Assembly: GCA_030390025.1 (NCBI GenBank)
Contig: CM059425.1
Span: 169,572,001 to 169,636,000, forward strand
Length of the DNA: 64,000 nt
DNA from: Squalus acanthias
Lineage: Eukaryota
Reading direction: 5' to 3'
Positions 11,161-24,245 of the stretch are shown here, in pieces (position 1 is the first letter of the stretch; each line of letters begins with the position of its first letter). A program made the position numbers and the translations under genes. Below the pieces are notes generated by a model that was given only the letters and a program-made list of their open reading frames with translations, was not told where the DNA came from and ran no database searches.

Positions 11161-12529
11161 TCACTCTTTCCCAGGTCAGAACCTCTTCCTGCATGACTCC
11201 CAGCATCTGCTCCACTCACAATGCACCTCCCCTTTAAGAGGTGCAGGCTAGCTTTAAGCAGTGCAGGCTAGCTTTAACTGGTTCTAGCCTCTCACGGTAT
11301 TTGCCCCCTGCTGATGCATCCAGCCAATGAATAGCGTGGTAAGCGCTGGCTGGATGCTGCAGACATTTAAATGAGCAGGCAGCACGAAGTTGGCATGCTG
11401 CCTGCATCGTAATCAACATACGTGAGCTAATCACACATCGCGATCCCCGTGCCCTTTTTCGGGGACTATTGAATTTAGCAGCCATCTTTTTCTCTATGAT
11501 TCCAGCCAACCTGCAAATATTACTTAATAAACATAAATAATCCAATATATGATTCATCAATAGAGTGAAATAGACTGCTGTAATACTGCAAAAGTAAATG
11601 GTACTGATTTCTTCAAAATTGCGACTCATACCCTGACATTTATAAAATAATCCATCTAATTTTCATTTTGATACAAGTCAAGTATTTTTCTGCAATCTGA
11701 TTTCATAACTTTAAACCGAGAATTGCTTGGCATAGGCTGTCTTTCAATAATTCTTGAGTGATATATTGCAAAACCTAGCAACTGATTCTCACTGCGTTTT
11801 GATATATGAGTTCAACACTGTCCTGCTATATTGCTGGACTTCTATTGAGTGGATGCTCCCATAATGCTTTCAGTGTAATTGATGGTGTTGACTGTAAGAT
11901 CTATACTGTCACCTTAGAGAAAAGAGTGCTGAACTCAAAATTCATGCACTCCCACGAGCACATGACAGTGTTACTTTGAGACAAATGCACTGAGTGAGAT
12001 CCCGAGAAGTTCTGACAGCCTGTTTCATATCTTAAGATAACGAGGCTGATTTTTGTTCCTGGTTTCAGGTGGGAACGGAATGGCAGTGCAAGAAAAATGA
12101 GAGCACAAAAGTTACTACCCAGTTCCTGCTGCCGAACAGGCTGCTGCCATCTTGGTGGGACCCATGAAATGGACGACCCAGGCGCCTACATAAACAGGCA
12201 GGCACTTCATTAGCCCATGCAAATAGGGGTCCTATGATATCAATAGGACTACAATGCAATTTTCAGGTAACAACAGGTGGAGCGTGTGCCGCATGTGCTC
12301 TGCTCATTGTTACTTGTACTGAGCGGCTAGCCAACTGTCCAAATGGACAACTGCAAACCACTCAAAAACAGGCACGTTAAACTTTTATAATGTTTTGTTT
12401 TGTGTCAGGAGAAGCATTAATGCACTCCATAGCTCCACAAACATCAGCCTGGCTCTCTGTGGCCCTCAAAATGCCACAACTTTCCCTCTTTGTTTTGACC
12501 CTTCCAATAAAAGATCATCTGTTTCACTG

Positions 12530-12558
12530 CTGATGAAGGTTCCACCTGAAACATTAAA
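12530..12558 (+). ncRNA. Hammerhead ribozyme core relic from a Penelope-like terminus
   Basis: CTGATGA-aggt-tcc-acct-GAAAC-att: both catalytic boxes and stem II are present, but stem I is poor. Confidence 0.45.
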
Positions 12559-13139
12559 CTATCGCGAGTCTTCTTTAACTTAGCTTCTCTGCTTGCTGTT
12601 TATTCTCAGAACTTTCTTTTTTTAACTACAGCACCAATTGGTTTTCAGAAGACATTTAAACTTAGAATGACAGCTTCACCTATATTGATCAGAATCCTTA
12701 CACAAAAGTGTCTGGAAAGCAGCACTACAGTCCTACCATTAAACTTCTCCGTGCATTTATTCGTGGTGTTATTAATGCTGTAGTCGCCAATCACAGTGTT
12801 GTATTATTCTAGTGATTTCATTAAGCAAGAACTTCCATTTGTCAAGAGTAAGTGAAGCATTATCACACACAAACTATCAGAGCCCTGTCCAGATTTTCCT
12901 TATATATATCTATATATATCTACATTAATGGCACAAGACACTGTAGCATGGTGCAGGACGTGTGAGACATAAAGCAAAACCAAAAACAACACATCCAAAT
13001 AATTAATTAAAAGATTTGTATCTGTACAAACATAGGAATGTTAGGATTGTAGAGATATATGATTCCATTGTCCCTTTCAATAAAATAGATTCCAGAAGCA
13101 GGAATCAATTGGATCACATCATGCCTTTAGTGAGTTCTG

Positions 13140-13775
13140 ATTTTCCGCAACTCCATTTTTGAATCTCTCCAATCAGGTTTCCACTGAAATGGCTCTAATC
13201 AAAGTCACAAATGACATACTCTGTTATTGTAGCCATGGTAACCTAACCCTCCTCATCCTTTTGGATCTGTCTGCAGCCTTTGACATGGTTGACGATACCG
13301 TTCTCCTCCAATGCCTCTCCTCCGTTGTCCAGCAGAGTGGGACTACCCTCGCCTGGTCCACTCTTACCTATCCAGTCGTAGCCAGAGAATCTCCTGCAAT
13401 GGCTTCACTTCTCGCCCCCAGCACCATTACCTCTGGAGTCCCCAAGGATCTATCCTTGGCCCCCTCCTATTTCTCATCTACATGCTGCTCCTCAGCGACA
13501 TTATCTGAAGACATGACATCAGGTTCCATATGTACGTTGACGACACCAAGCTCTACCTCGCCACCATCTTTCTCGACCCCTCCACTGCATTTGTGTTGTC
13601 AGACTGCTTGTCCGACATTCAGTACTGGTTGAGTCACAATTTCCTACAATTAAGCATTGGAAAGACCAAAGCCATTGTCTTCATCCCCCACCACAAAATC
13701 TGTTCCTTAGCCTTCAAATCCATCCCCTTCCCTGGCCACTGTCTCAGGCAAAACCAGACTGTTTGCAACCTTGGC
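13140..13775 (+). mobile_element. L2-clade LINE RT fragment
   Basis: [32 protein letters not shown] and YVDDTKLY, with frameshifts. Confidence 0.88.
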
Positions 13776-14329
13776 AACAACAAATACAAAAAAAACTGAT
13801 AAAATGGACAGACATCTGATAAACTTGGGGGCCACCTGGAATCCCCTCATATACCTCTGGGGCCCGGGGATTTCAGTTTGTTGTAATTCAGTGAAAAGTA
13901 TCTAGTGTTCTCTCCTTATACCACACAAAATATGTCTTAGCTGATCAGAACTCTTAGTTAGCTGACTTGTGCAGAATCAGTAGCATGTGACAACTGGTAG
14001 TACGACAGCTGTGCATCCACGTCAATGTTACAGCAGTAAAAGAGACAGGAAGGCAGCTTCTGACATTAGGGAGAAAAATTTGACTTCCACCGGAAACGGG
14101 CGCAAAGTTGGCGGTGCGGCTGCCCTGCCTGTCCTTTTGTGCCAGTACGAGGCCCGAACCAAACTGCACAACATCTGTGGACTAGCTGCCGACCCAGCTG
14201 ACAGGAAGGTTGGTCTGTGATGGGGTGGACCATTCACGGAAAGGGGGGAGTCCAGGGTGGCAGTGGCCCAAATTGTTCTTGTGGAGCCTACAAGAGCACT
14301 CCTGCTCCTCCTGGCCCCACAAAAATAAT

Positions 14330-15538
14330 GGCCTGGATTTTGCAGTTGTTATTACAGCAAAGCTATCAGCGTTTGCTATCATTACTCTGCGGAACTGACA
14401 GCAACTTCTGGCGTCCGCACAAGCGCAGTAAAACGCTGAAATCCAGAAGTTGCTGTCAGTGATTCCCTGCTGCTCCACAGGGCGCGCTGTTGAAGACCCC
14501 GCAGATGGCAATCTTTAGAAATCACTGAATTGATGAGAACTTCCCCTTTTACGCTATAATATTGCTGTTAAAACCCCCCGAAAAAGTTAAGCCTTTTGAA
14601 TGAGGTGTAACTGGGTTTTTAATGGTGTGCTAAGTCATAATTACTGCTGAACAACCTCTCTGGTCCTGAAAAACTAATTTTATATTTGTGGAATGTCAAT
14701 GTTTTTCCATTATGAGAAAAATTCCAATATAATAAAAAATATTATTTTATAAGGTTTGTTTATGATAAACCCATGTGTATGTCCCAATCTCTATTTTGCT
14801 CTCTGTGTCAGCTGTGGCTCAGTTGGTAGCACTCTCACCTCTGAGTCAGAAGGTTGTGGTTGAGGGTTCAAGTTCCACTCCAGAGACTTGAGCACAAAAT
14901 CTAGGCTGACACTCCAGTGTGGTACTGAAGAAGTGCTGCATTGTCAGAGGTGCTGTCTTTTGGATGAGACATTAAACCGAGGCTCCGTCTGCTCTCTCAG
15001 GTGGACATAAAAGATCCCCTGGCACTATTTTGAAGAAGAGCAGGGGAGTTATCCCCGGTGTCCCGCAATCAACGTAACAAAAATAGAACAGATTATCCGG
15101 TCATTATCGCATTGCTGTTTGTGGGTCCTTGTTGTGCGCAAATTGGCTGCCATCTTTCCTATATTACAACAGTGACTACATTTCAAAAGTACTTCATTGG
15201 CTGTAAAGCGCTTTGGGACGTCCGGTGGTCATGAAAAATGCTATATAAGTGCAAATCTTTCTTTCTCGATAAAATTTATAAAAAGTGAAGGATAATCAGT
15301 GCATTATACTTCCTGGTTTGCTGCCTGTGAGATTTCTTCAATGTGATTGGCTGCTTAGCCTACTTGATGCTATGACTGTTGCTGGATGCTGGAGATTCGC
15401 TTGATTTGGTGTCAGATTCAAACTAACGTCGGGAAAGGTGAAATTGACGCCACAGAGATCGCTAGATTTTTATGGGCAACTTTCTTTGAGGTTAGCGGCG
15501 AGTGCTGTCACTTCACCACTGACCACAAAATCCGGGCC
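14330..15538. mobile_element. Harbinger-type MITE containing a SINE
   Basis: 13-bp TIRs ggcctggattttg / caaaatccgggcc, with flanks AAT and ATT. Confidence 0.75.
14805..15265 (+). mobile_element. tRNA-derived Deu-domain SINE (SacSINE1-like)
   Basis: A box tggctcagttgg, B box ggttcaagttcc, central gtctttYggatgagacRttaaaccgagg, and an L2-like tail gctatataa..gcaaatctttctttc. Confidence 0.85.
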
Positions 15539-17405
15539 ATTCACTTCCCTTTTTGCGGCCTCTTCCTCTTCACCGCCTGGTACAACTAGCCGGAGCATGC
15601 ACGGTGCAGGCTGCACCCATTCATGTCTGAAATTTCCAATCAGGTTCCTATAACAAATGAAGGACCCCGATATGCCTATTTAAGCAGCTGTTTCAAGTGG
15701 GCAGGCTACTCGCCCATATACAGGCATGTTTGAATATTATATCAGGCAGGCCTTTGTTGTCAATGGGGTGGTGAGATGCCCCCCCCACCCATGATTTTTC
15801 AACTCAGCTGTCTGTTTCTCAAGCACCAAAAAGGGCGGGCGTGAGTTAAATTTTCCCTCAGGACATGATACTGCAACTTCAAATTGTCAGATGTAATTTA
15901 TGATCATTTTATGCTGTATGTTGCAATAATTAGCCAATCACAACAGAGGATTAAGGCCTCAAATGATTGATGTAAAGCACCAATACACATTTATGGTTTA
16001 CATTTGCAATTTTCATCATGGAACATGAAGAATCACTCACAGTGAGACGTTTATCATTAGATATGTAAATGTATTTTACTTGGCTGAGTGCCCATTGTAA
16101 CATAATGAATCCCAAATAATTTTAATCCAACATCCAGAAATAAAAGACTGATGACCGGTGCTGATTTATTTAATTAAGCTGTTAATAATGAAGCACATCA
16201 CAGTTCTGTGCGTACCTCGCTAAACTGATTTAGAAAGAGTAAAAACCGAGAGAACCAAAGTGGCAGTGAAGCATTTCACAATGGACACAATAAATTACGT
16301 AGACTTGGATACATTTTCAAATCCATTTAATTGCTATGACTTCATTTCACCTTCTGTATTATAATCACACAGTTTGACAGCAGTGGTGTAGGCAGGATTT
16401 CTTTTTCTCGGGGGGGCTGCCAGACCAAACAAAACTACTTCGAAAGGTCTATTTTTCAAATAGGAATTTCACAGGAAAGTTCAAGTGGAAACATTATTAC
16501 TTCCATTAATCTAACAATTGAAATAAAGAAAATTAAAAGACCAAAAACAGTCTTGTCGGACAAAAGCTCGAAAGCACAAAGCCCAAGCCACGGTTCTGTG
16601 TCGCTCGTCTATTAATAACTTTGCTACTATTCACTGCAAATCCCGGCGAACAGTTAGAAGTGCAAACCCAACTAATCAGTTATTACTGATTACATTAACT
16701 AGCTCTGAAAAACCATCCGTTGCTCTATCCCAGAATTCCCTGAAACTTGTTTGTTCAGAAATGCAGAATCTCGAGCATGCATGGAGTTTTTGCACATTTG
16801 CGGAGTTCAAGCCTTTTGCATGAAATTACAGGGAATATACATGTGCGCAGAAGCTGCACACTTGTGAGTGTGCATGAAGGCTGTGGGAAGATGCGAGTCT
16901 TGCATTGCTTCAGCCCAAAGTTTGGCAGTGGTGTGGAAATTAAAACATTTTCTTTGGAATACAAGTGCAGCACACTGGGTATATTTTTTATCTGAACTAA
17001 AAGAAATAATTATCAGTTAAGTAATTTTCTTCCTGCTCGTGAAAAGATTCAGTGTAAAACTCGGTGAGAGTGGTAGTTCCGAGGACAATCAATTACCTTG
17101 AATTCTTTTTATTTTCATTTCTTGCTGAGTTGGGCCCACTAATTGTTAGTTTTTTTTCCTCTTTAATGTAAAATGCATTAACTTGAGGCATTTCCCTGCA
17201 CTTTCGGAGTTCTATAGAAATGTAAGCTGTTATGTTACTTACATCTATGCAAATAGGGGTCTTATGACATACATGCCATTTTAAGACACAACTGGATGGA
17301 ATGTGTGCTGTGGATGCTCCGCAAAGTTTCAGCTGGAGTTCTAGCGGAAGAGAAGCCTAGCAGGTAAGTTTTAATTTATTTTTGTGAGGATGGGAAGATC
17401 AAGCA

Positions 17406-18311
17406 AAAGAAAGAAAGATTTGCATTTATATAGCACCTTTCAGGATGTCAGGACATCCCAAAGCACTTTACAGCCAATGAAGTGCTTTTGAAGTGTAGTC
17501 ACTGTTGTACCGTAGGTAATGCAGCAGCTAATTTACACACAGCAAGGTCCCACAAACAGAAATTAAATAAATGACCAGATCATCTGTTTTAGGTGTTGAT
17601 GGAGGGATAACTATTGGCCAGGACATGGGGAGAACTCCCCTGCTCTTCATTGAATAGTGCTCTGGGATCTTTGCATGTGTCAGCTGTGGCTCAGTTGGTA
17701 GCACACTCGCCTCTGAGTCAGAAGGTTGTGGGTTCAAGTCCCACACAAGGGACTTGCGCACAAAAATCTGGGCTGACACTCCAGTGCAGTACTGAGGGAG
17801 TGCTGCACTGTCGGAGGTGCTGTCTTTCGGATGAGATGTTAAACCGAGGCCCCGTCTGCCCTCTCAGGTGGACATAAAAGATCCCATGGCACTATTTCAA
17901 AGAAGAGCAGGGGAGTTATCCCTGGTGGCCTGGCCAATATGTATCCCTCAACCAACATAACAAAAACAGATTATCTGGTCATTATCACATTGCTGTTTGT
18001 GGATTCTTGCTGTGCGCAAATTGGCTGCCACGTTTCCTACATTACAACAGTGACTCCACTTCAAAAGTACTTCATTGGCTGTAAAGCGCTTTGAGGTGTC
18101 TGGTGATTGTGAAAGGCGCTATATAAATGCAAGTCTTTCTTTTCTTTTACATCCACCTGAGGGAGCAGACAGAGCCTTGGTTTAACGCCTCAAGTTAAAG
18201 ACGACACTACTGGCAGTGCAGCGCTCCCTCAGTTCTGCACTGAAGTGCCAGCTCAGATTATATGCTCAAGTCTCTGCGGTGGGATTTGAACCCACAACCT
18301 CCAGACTGAGG
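17406..18311 (-). mobile_element. Older minus-strand Deu-SINE split by a younger copy (parts 17406-17672 and 18146-18311)
   Basis: Reverse-complement tail at 17406. The sequence gggatcttt|ttacatccacctgag rejoins across the insert. Confidence 0.8.
17677..18145 (+). mobile_element. tRNA-derived Deu-domain SINE, full length
   Basis: Collinear with 14805-15265. A and B boxes are intact and there is a (tttc)n tail. Confidence 0.88.
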
Positions 18312-19010
18312 ACCCTCCCCACACCCAAGTATGGGCCCCCATCACCCCACATGGACTTACTTTTTTCCGGACCATCCGATTTTGTGGCAGTCCGGAGGCA
18401 ACAGGCTGCTCCATGAAGCTCATTTTCCACCCGCAGTCCACCGGCCGTATGTTAATGAAACCTGGACCTCCCATCGGGACTACCAGGCAGTCGGTCTACA
18501 GGCTTCGCTGGCCAGCCGCCTGAGTACTGCTCGGAGAGAAGTACTACCCCTTATCTTCACACCGGACACTGCACTTGCAACTGAGCAACATACAACTGAA
18601 TATTTGGAAGAATTATCAATAGTACATTAGTACAGCATAACAAATTGTTCCTGAAACAAACAAAATGAAGATTTTAGTTACATTTTCACTAAGAAACAAA
18701 ATGCAATGATTATACTCATCACTGGTCCTGTAGGAGTTAAATACAGAATCCTTGCTTCCTTGGTAATACTGTGAAATTGTTAACCTTCAGGTTTCAGAAG
18801 TGAGCTCGAGTCTAATAATAAGGTAATTACTTTTTAGCTTTGGATTCCTCAAACGCTATTATTAAATTAGCATTGTAAAACTATTCTAGCAAGAGAACCG
18901 AAAACTATCTACGACATGAGTTTCACACAAAGAGGACGCAGCAAGATATGAAAGAAAACCAAAGCTCTTCTACGAGCGGCTGGCAATAGGTGCAGAGGGC
19001 AGGCAGGCAG

Positions 19011-20172
19011 GCATAAGAGATTAGCGTGCAAAGTTAAAGCACATGGGATTGGGGGTAAGGTACTGACTTGGATAGAGAACTGGTTGGCAGACAGGAAGCA
19101 AAGAGTTGGAATAAACAAGTCTTTTTCCGAGTGGCAGGCAGTGACTAGTGGGGTACTGTAGGGATCGGTGCTAGGACCCCAGCTATTCACAATATATATA
19201 AATGATCTAGACGAGGGAACTAGATGTAATATCTCCAAGTTTGCAGATGACACAAAGCTGGGTGGGTGTGTGTGCTGTGAGGAGGATGCAGAGAAACTCC
19301 AGTATGATTTGGACAGGTTGGGTGATTGGGCAGATGCATGCCAAATGCAGTATAATGTGGATAAATGCGAGGTTATCCACTTTGGTGGCAAAAACAGGAA
19401 GACAGATTATTATCTGAACGGCAATAGATTGGGAAAAGGGGAAGTGCAACGAGACCTGGGTGTCCTTGTGCACCAGTCGCTGAAGGTAAGCATGCAAGTG
19501 CAGCAGGCGATTAAGAAGGCAAATGGTATGTTGACCTTCATAGCGAGAGGATTTGAGTACAGGAGCAAGGATGTCTTGCTGCAGTTGTACAGGGCCTTGG
19601 TGAGACCACACCTTGAGTATTGTGTGCAGTTTTGGTCACCTTATCTGAGGAAGGATGTTCTTGCCATGGAGAGAGTGCAGCGAAGATTCACCAGACTGAT
19701 ACCTGGGATGGCAGGAATGACGTATGAGGAGAGATTGGGTCGATTAGGCTTATATTCGCTAGAGTTTAGAAGAATGAGAGGGGATCGCATTGAAACTTAT
19801 AAAATTCTAACAGGACTAGACAGACTAGATACAGGAAGGATGTTCCCGATGGCGGGGGAGTCCAGAACCAGGGGTCACAGTCTAAGGATAAGGGGTAAGC
19901 CATTTAAGACTGAGATGAGGAGGAATTTCTTCACCCAGAGAGTGGTGAACCTGTGGAATTCACTACCGCACAAGGCAGTTGAGGCCAATTCATTAAATAT
20001 ATTCAAGAAGGAGATAGATATATTTCTTAAGGCTAAAGGGATCAAGGGATATGGGGAGAAAGCAGGGACAGGGTACTGAATTTGGATGATCAGCCATGAT
20101 CTCATTAAATGGCGGAACAGGCTCGAGGGGCCGAACGGCCTACTCCTGCTCCTATCTTCTATGTTTCTATGT
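19011..20172 (+). mobile_element. 5'-truncated young CR1 LINE; ORF2 C-terminus open for 303 aa
   Basis: ORF 19168-20079 contains FADD and RPHLEYCVQFWSP. 3' tail is (ttctatgt)n. Confidence 0.95.
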
Positions 20173-20599
20173 TAAGTATTCGCCCCCTCCCCTCCAACCA
20201 CCCAGGGGAAGGTCTGCTGTTGTGTCGTGCTCCACTCCACTGGAAAACTAACTAAACTCATTCCAGCAATGGCTCCTCTGATGGTTGAGCAGGTTTACAC
20301 AGTGATTAGTGAAGCCATACAGAAGAGGAAGATCCCAGGTCTGATTCTTGATCTGTGCTCGTGACAGAGATTCAACGATTGGTCTCAATGCTCCTGGGTA
20401 AAGACGGGTATAAATCGGCCAAAGTTCCCACTTCTGATTGCCAGCCTGTGGCCTAAAAAGTGGATAAGGCCTGAAGACGGGCACGGGCATCGTGCAGTGC
20501 TATGTGCCCGCACCCGTTCAAAGTGGTACAGGCAGCACACAAAATGTGTTCTGCCTGCTCATTATAATGATTGCAGTGCTGATCTCAGCGCTAAATGCA

Positions 20600-20700
20600 C
20601 TACTGATTGGCTTAGCACCGAACAGGGTGGCCAATATCAGGTGCAGTCTACTGGCCAATAAAGTTTGGCCTAGGCTCTGTACACTACTTAAAGGGAGGTG
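20600..20700 (+). promoter_or_regulatory. Putative internal Pol II promoter of the Harbinger Myb gene
   Basis: Three CCAAT/ATTGG boxes (about 20606, 20631, 20655) and a TATA-like cttaaag about 55 nt upstream of ATG 20742. A similar arrangement (two CCAAT boxes plus cttaaag) occurs at 37415-37480. Confidence 0.4.
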
Positions 20701-20741
20701 CTTTGTTGCAGAAGCACCTCATTTTCATTGTGAAGAAAGCC

Positions 20742-22619
20742 ATGGCCCAACAGCGAAGAGAAACGGCAAGGAGATTTTCGGGTGCGGCTTGGAGGCCTTG
20801 GTCCTTGGGTACAAAGACGCTGTCAGGTCCTCTACCCATGGGGGGCGGAGTGGGGGTGGGGGGGGAGTCAAGAAACCTTCAAGGCATAACAACAGAAGGC
20901 TGTACGAGGAGATCACTCAAGTCGTCACTGTGACGAGTGTTGTTCCCAGGACCTGGACCCAGTGCCGCAAAAAGTTTAATGACCTCACATGAGTGGTCAA
21001 GGTGAGTGAATGCATCTTCAAATGCCATATCCCACCAACTGCACCACTAACCTCACACACTGCTCAATGCACCACACCCCCATCACTCACCTACTAACAA
21101 TCTCGACTTATCACCACTCATACCTCACAATCATAGCTTTACCTCACCCTCACATACTTACCACTGCTGCAAGACTCACACCCACATCTCACACTTTGCA
21201 CACACTGCCACTGGTAGGGACATCACCCAAACACATTGCACCATGCCCACTGACACACTTCCTTTTCTTTTGCAGGCAAAGGTGGGGCACAAACGCTGGA
21301 AGCAGCAGCAGACGGGTGGAGGGGAAACCAGACTTCAGAAATTGACAGAGCTGGAGGAAGCAGTTCTGGACATAATTGGAAGGGCAGTCACAGAGTCCGT
21401 GGCGAGCAGGGAAGTTGAAAGCCTTGCTGATGATGACAGTATTCTCATAACTAATCCTTCTTCTCACATCTCACTTCCCCCTCATTCCATAATCTTTACA
21501 CACTTACAAGCTGCTGATGGTGTATGCATGGGTATCTTGTATTGCCCTCTCCCCTCACCACAACCCGACCCTTGTGCATTTCTCCTTTCAGATACCCAAG
21601 AACTCCAAGGCCAGCTAGTCCCCAAAGTCATGGAGGAGGACAGTGAAAGAGGAGAAGACACACCGTCACTCGATCTGACACTTGCAGGCACCAGCTCAGG
21701 AAATGACACTTCGTGAACTTTAGAGGGAAGTATAGAGGCGGGATCTGCACATGGTGAGTCACTGGGCATGAGTGGGCTGCAGCCAGGTTAGGGGGAAATG
21801 GTCGCTCGGGTGCTAGCTCCCTGGAGGGCGACTTCGCGCACGTGTTCTGCTGCCTAAGACTCAGATGATGACCTCAGTGGGGCGGCCTTCAGAAGAAGGG
21901 TGATGAGCATGCACACAGAAATGCTAGGTGCAATGGCAAGCCTGCCAGAGAACCTCATGTCAATGTCAAGGAGCACGGAGGAGTCTGGCTCCAACATTGC
22001 ACGGGGCTTTGCACAGAGCTTGGAGCCTGTGATTTCCAGGATGGAAATGATGGACAACTCCAGGAGAGACCTTGTGGACACAGACATGATGCTGTATATG
22101 ATGGGCGTGTCGCAGCTCTATGGCAGCACAGGTGGAAGCGACCCAATGTCTCAGTGCTGCAGTGGAAGCTGAGATTGCAGCTATTGTGGCTGGGTTTACG
22201 AGTGTGGAAAGAGGCTTGCAGGATCTCATATCTGTACCCCAACAGATGGCTAGGAATGCTGAGGCACCGCCCCGGGGGAGTGGCAATGGTTTTGTGGAGC
22301 AAGTACCTACTGTCCTCTCTCAGGATGACAGCATTCCTACTCCCACCCTGCCACTCCGCCATTGCCCTTGCTGCAGCCTCTCATCCAGCCAGCCCAGACT
22401 GCTGCTGCCCATGCCGAGATGATGCAGTCTACAGCCGGGCCTTCTAAGCCCAGAGCTGCTCGAGGTCGTCATGCAAGGCCATCTGCAGTCTCCCCCACTG
22501 AAAGTCAGCAGCCTTCCACCAGTTATGCTGCAGCCACTGGGGTAGCACTGCGTAGGAGCACCAGAGCAGGAAAGGGAACACAAAAGACAGGCACTAAGGG
22601 AATGCACAAGGGTGATTAG
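20742..22619 (+). pseudogene. Harbinger Myb/SANT-like gene, 3 exons (20742-21001, 21276-21438, 21592-22619)
   Basis: VVPRTWTQCRKKFNDL motif. Splice sites AAG|gtgagt, ttgcag|GCA, A|gtattc and tttcag|ATA. In-frame stops and frameshifts are present. Confidence 0.85.
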
Positions 22620-22779
22620 TTGATGTTGTTATTTTGATTTATAAATTATGTTTGGAATGTTTGTTTTGTGGTGGCTCTTATTTCAGCTTTGTGCCCAGGA
22701 GGACGCTGTGATTGTTCCTTGACCGAGGGATGGTAAGGTGGGGAAATGGTGAGCAATGGGGATTTGGGGTTTCATTCAC

Positions 22780-24245
22780 TGGAACCGGAGTCTGATGAGG
22801 CGCTCTTAGACATCCCATCTGGAATGGGGTTCTGCTGCCTGCCTCCTTCATTCCACCTCTCCTCCTCCTCTTCCCCTTCCACCACCTACTCCTCTTCCTT
22901 CTCCCCCTCCTCCTCCTGAGATGGTCGCGGAACCTGTGGTGGAAAGGGCTGCGCCCTCATGATGGTCATGTTGTGAAGGATGCAGCAGACCACCACGAAA
23001 TGGGACACCCGCTCCGGCGAGTACTGGAGGGCTCCTCCTGGGCGGTATAGGCAGCCAAACCATTGCTTTAGCACCCCGATAGTCTGCTCGATAACTTTCC
23101 TCGTGGCAGCATGGCTGTCATTATATAACTGCTGGCCATGAATGGTGGGGTTGCAGAGGGGAGTCATCAGCCAAGTGTAGAGTGGATAGCCCTTGTCTCC
23201 GAGCAGCCGCCCTCGGGTTTGACGTGGTGGCTGGATGATTGCTGGCGCAGAGGACTGGTGCATGGTGAAGGCATCATGACTGCTGCCAGGATATCAGGCA
23301 TTCACCAGCATGCACATTAAGTGAGTGGTAGCCTTTGCTATAACGGAACATCTCAGGATTGCTATATGGCGCCCACAAAGCCATGTGTGTGCAGTCGATA
23401 GCGCCCTGCACCATGGGAAAGCCCGATATCCTGGCAAAGCCACATAACAACTCAGAAAATGGCACTGTGCGTACTTTAGAGGGTTGTATAGAGATGGGAT
23501 CTGCACGTGGTGAATCACCGGGCACGAGTGGGTTGCAGCCAGTTCAGGGGGAATGCGGAGCAGAGTCATCAGCCAGGTTTAGAGCGGATAGCCCTTGTCT
23601 CCGAGCAGCCACCCTCGGGTTCGACGTGGTGGCTGGAAGATTGCTGGCACACCGGACTGGTGCAGGATGAAGGCATCATGACTGCTGCCAGGATAGCAGG
23701 CATTCACCATCATGATGTGCTGGGCGTGGTCGCACACCAACTGCACATTAAGTGAGTGGTAGCCTCTGTGGTTGCGGTACATCTCAGGATTGATGTGTGG
23801 TGCCCGCAAAACCACGTGTGTGCAGTCTGTTCAGAGAGAAGACAATGAAGTCCCTTCTCCTGGAGTAGAGAGCCTCTGTGACCTCCCAGATGCAGCGATG
23901 GATGGCGAACTGGGAGATGTTAGTTATGTCTCCTGCTCCAGACTGGAAGGATCTAGTGGCGAAAAATTGAGGTAATCTTGAGGGCCACTGGGTGAGCTTT
24001 CATCGCCCTGCTCTGAGGCTGCAGGTCTGGTTACGGGAAGTGGCAGAGTTCTGTGACCACCTCCTGATGAAGCGGATTCTCCTTATACACTGCTCCTGGC
24101 TTAGATGGGTAAGACCCTAGGTAGGTAAGGCCTCCTGCTGAGAGCCCTCCTGCCCCTCCTCCTCCTCCTCCCTCTGCGAGCATCTTGTCCTCTTCTTCTC
24201 CCTGTCATACTCGAGTGTGAGGGGGACTACAAGTAGAGCCCCCAT
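22780..24245 (-). pseudogene. Harbinger DDE transposase pseudogene with internal duplication
   Basis: GAIDCTH, GYHSLNVQLVCD, YPGSSHDAF, LLGDKGYPL (twice), HAATRKVIEQTIGVLKQWF and CCILHN. Confidence 0.88.

Larger units (their letters stand above)
7530..11483. mobile_element. PIF/Harbinger transposon A (transposase plus Myb/SANT gene, convergent)
   Basis: Imperfect termini gggtgcaaaattt / gaatttagcagcc. Contains a + strand transposase pseudogene and a - strand Myb/SANT gene. Confidence 0.85.
14069..15859. mobile_element. Outer MITE-like element hosting a nested MITE
   Basis: Termini gggagaaaaattt / aaattttccctc. Sequence is interrupted at 14330 and resumes after 15538. Confidence 0.45.

Noticed and set aside
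17677..17750. tRNA gene
   Set aside because: The A/B boxes are the head of a multi-copy SINE that continues into body and tail, and there is no proper acceptor stem.
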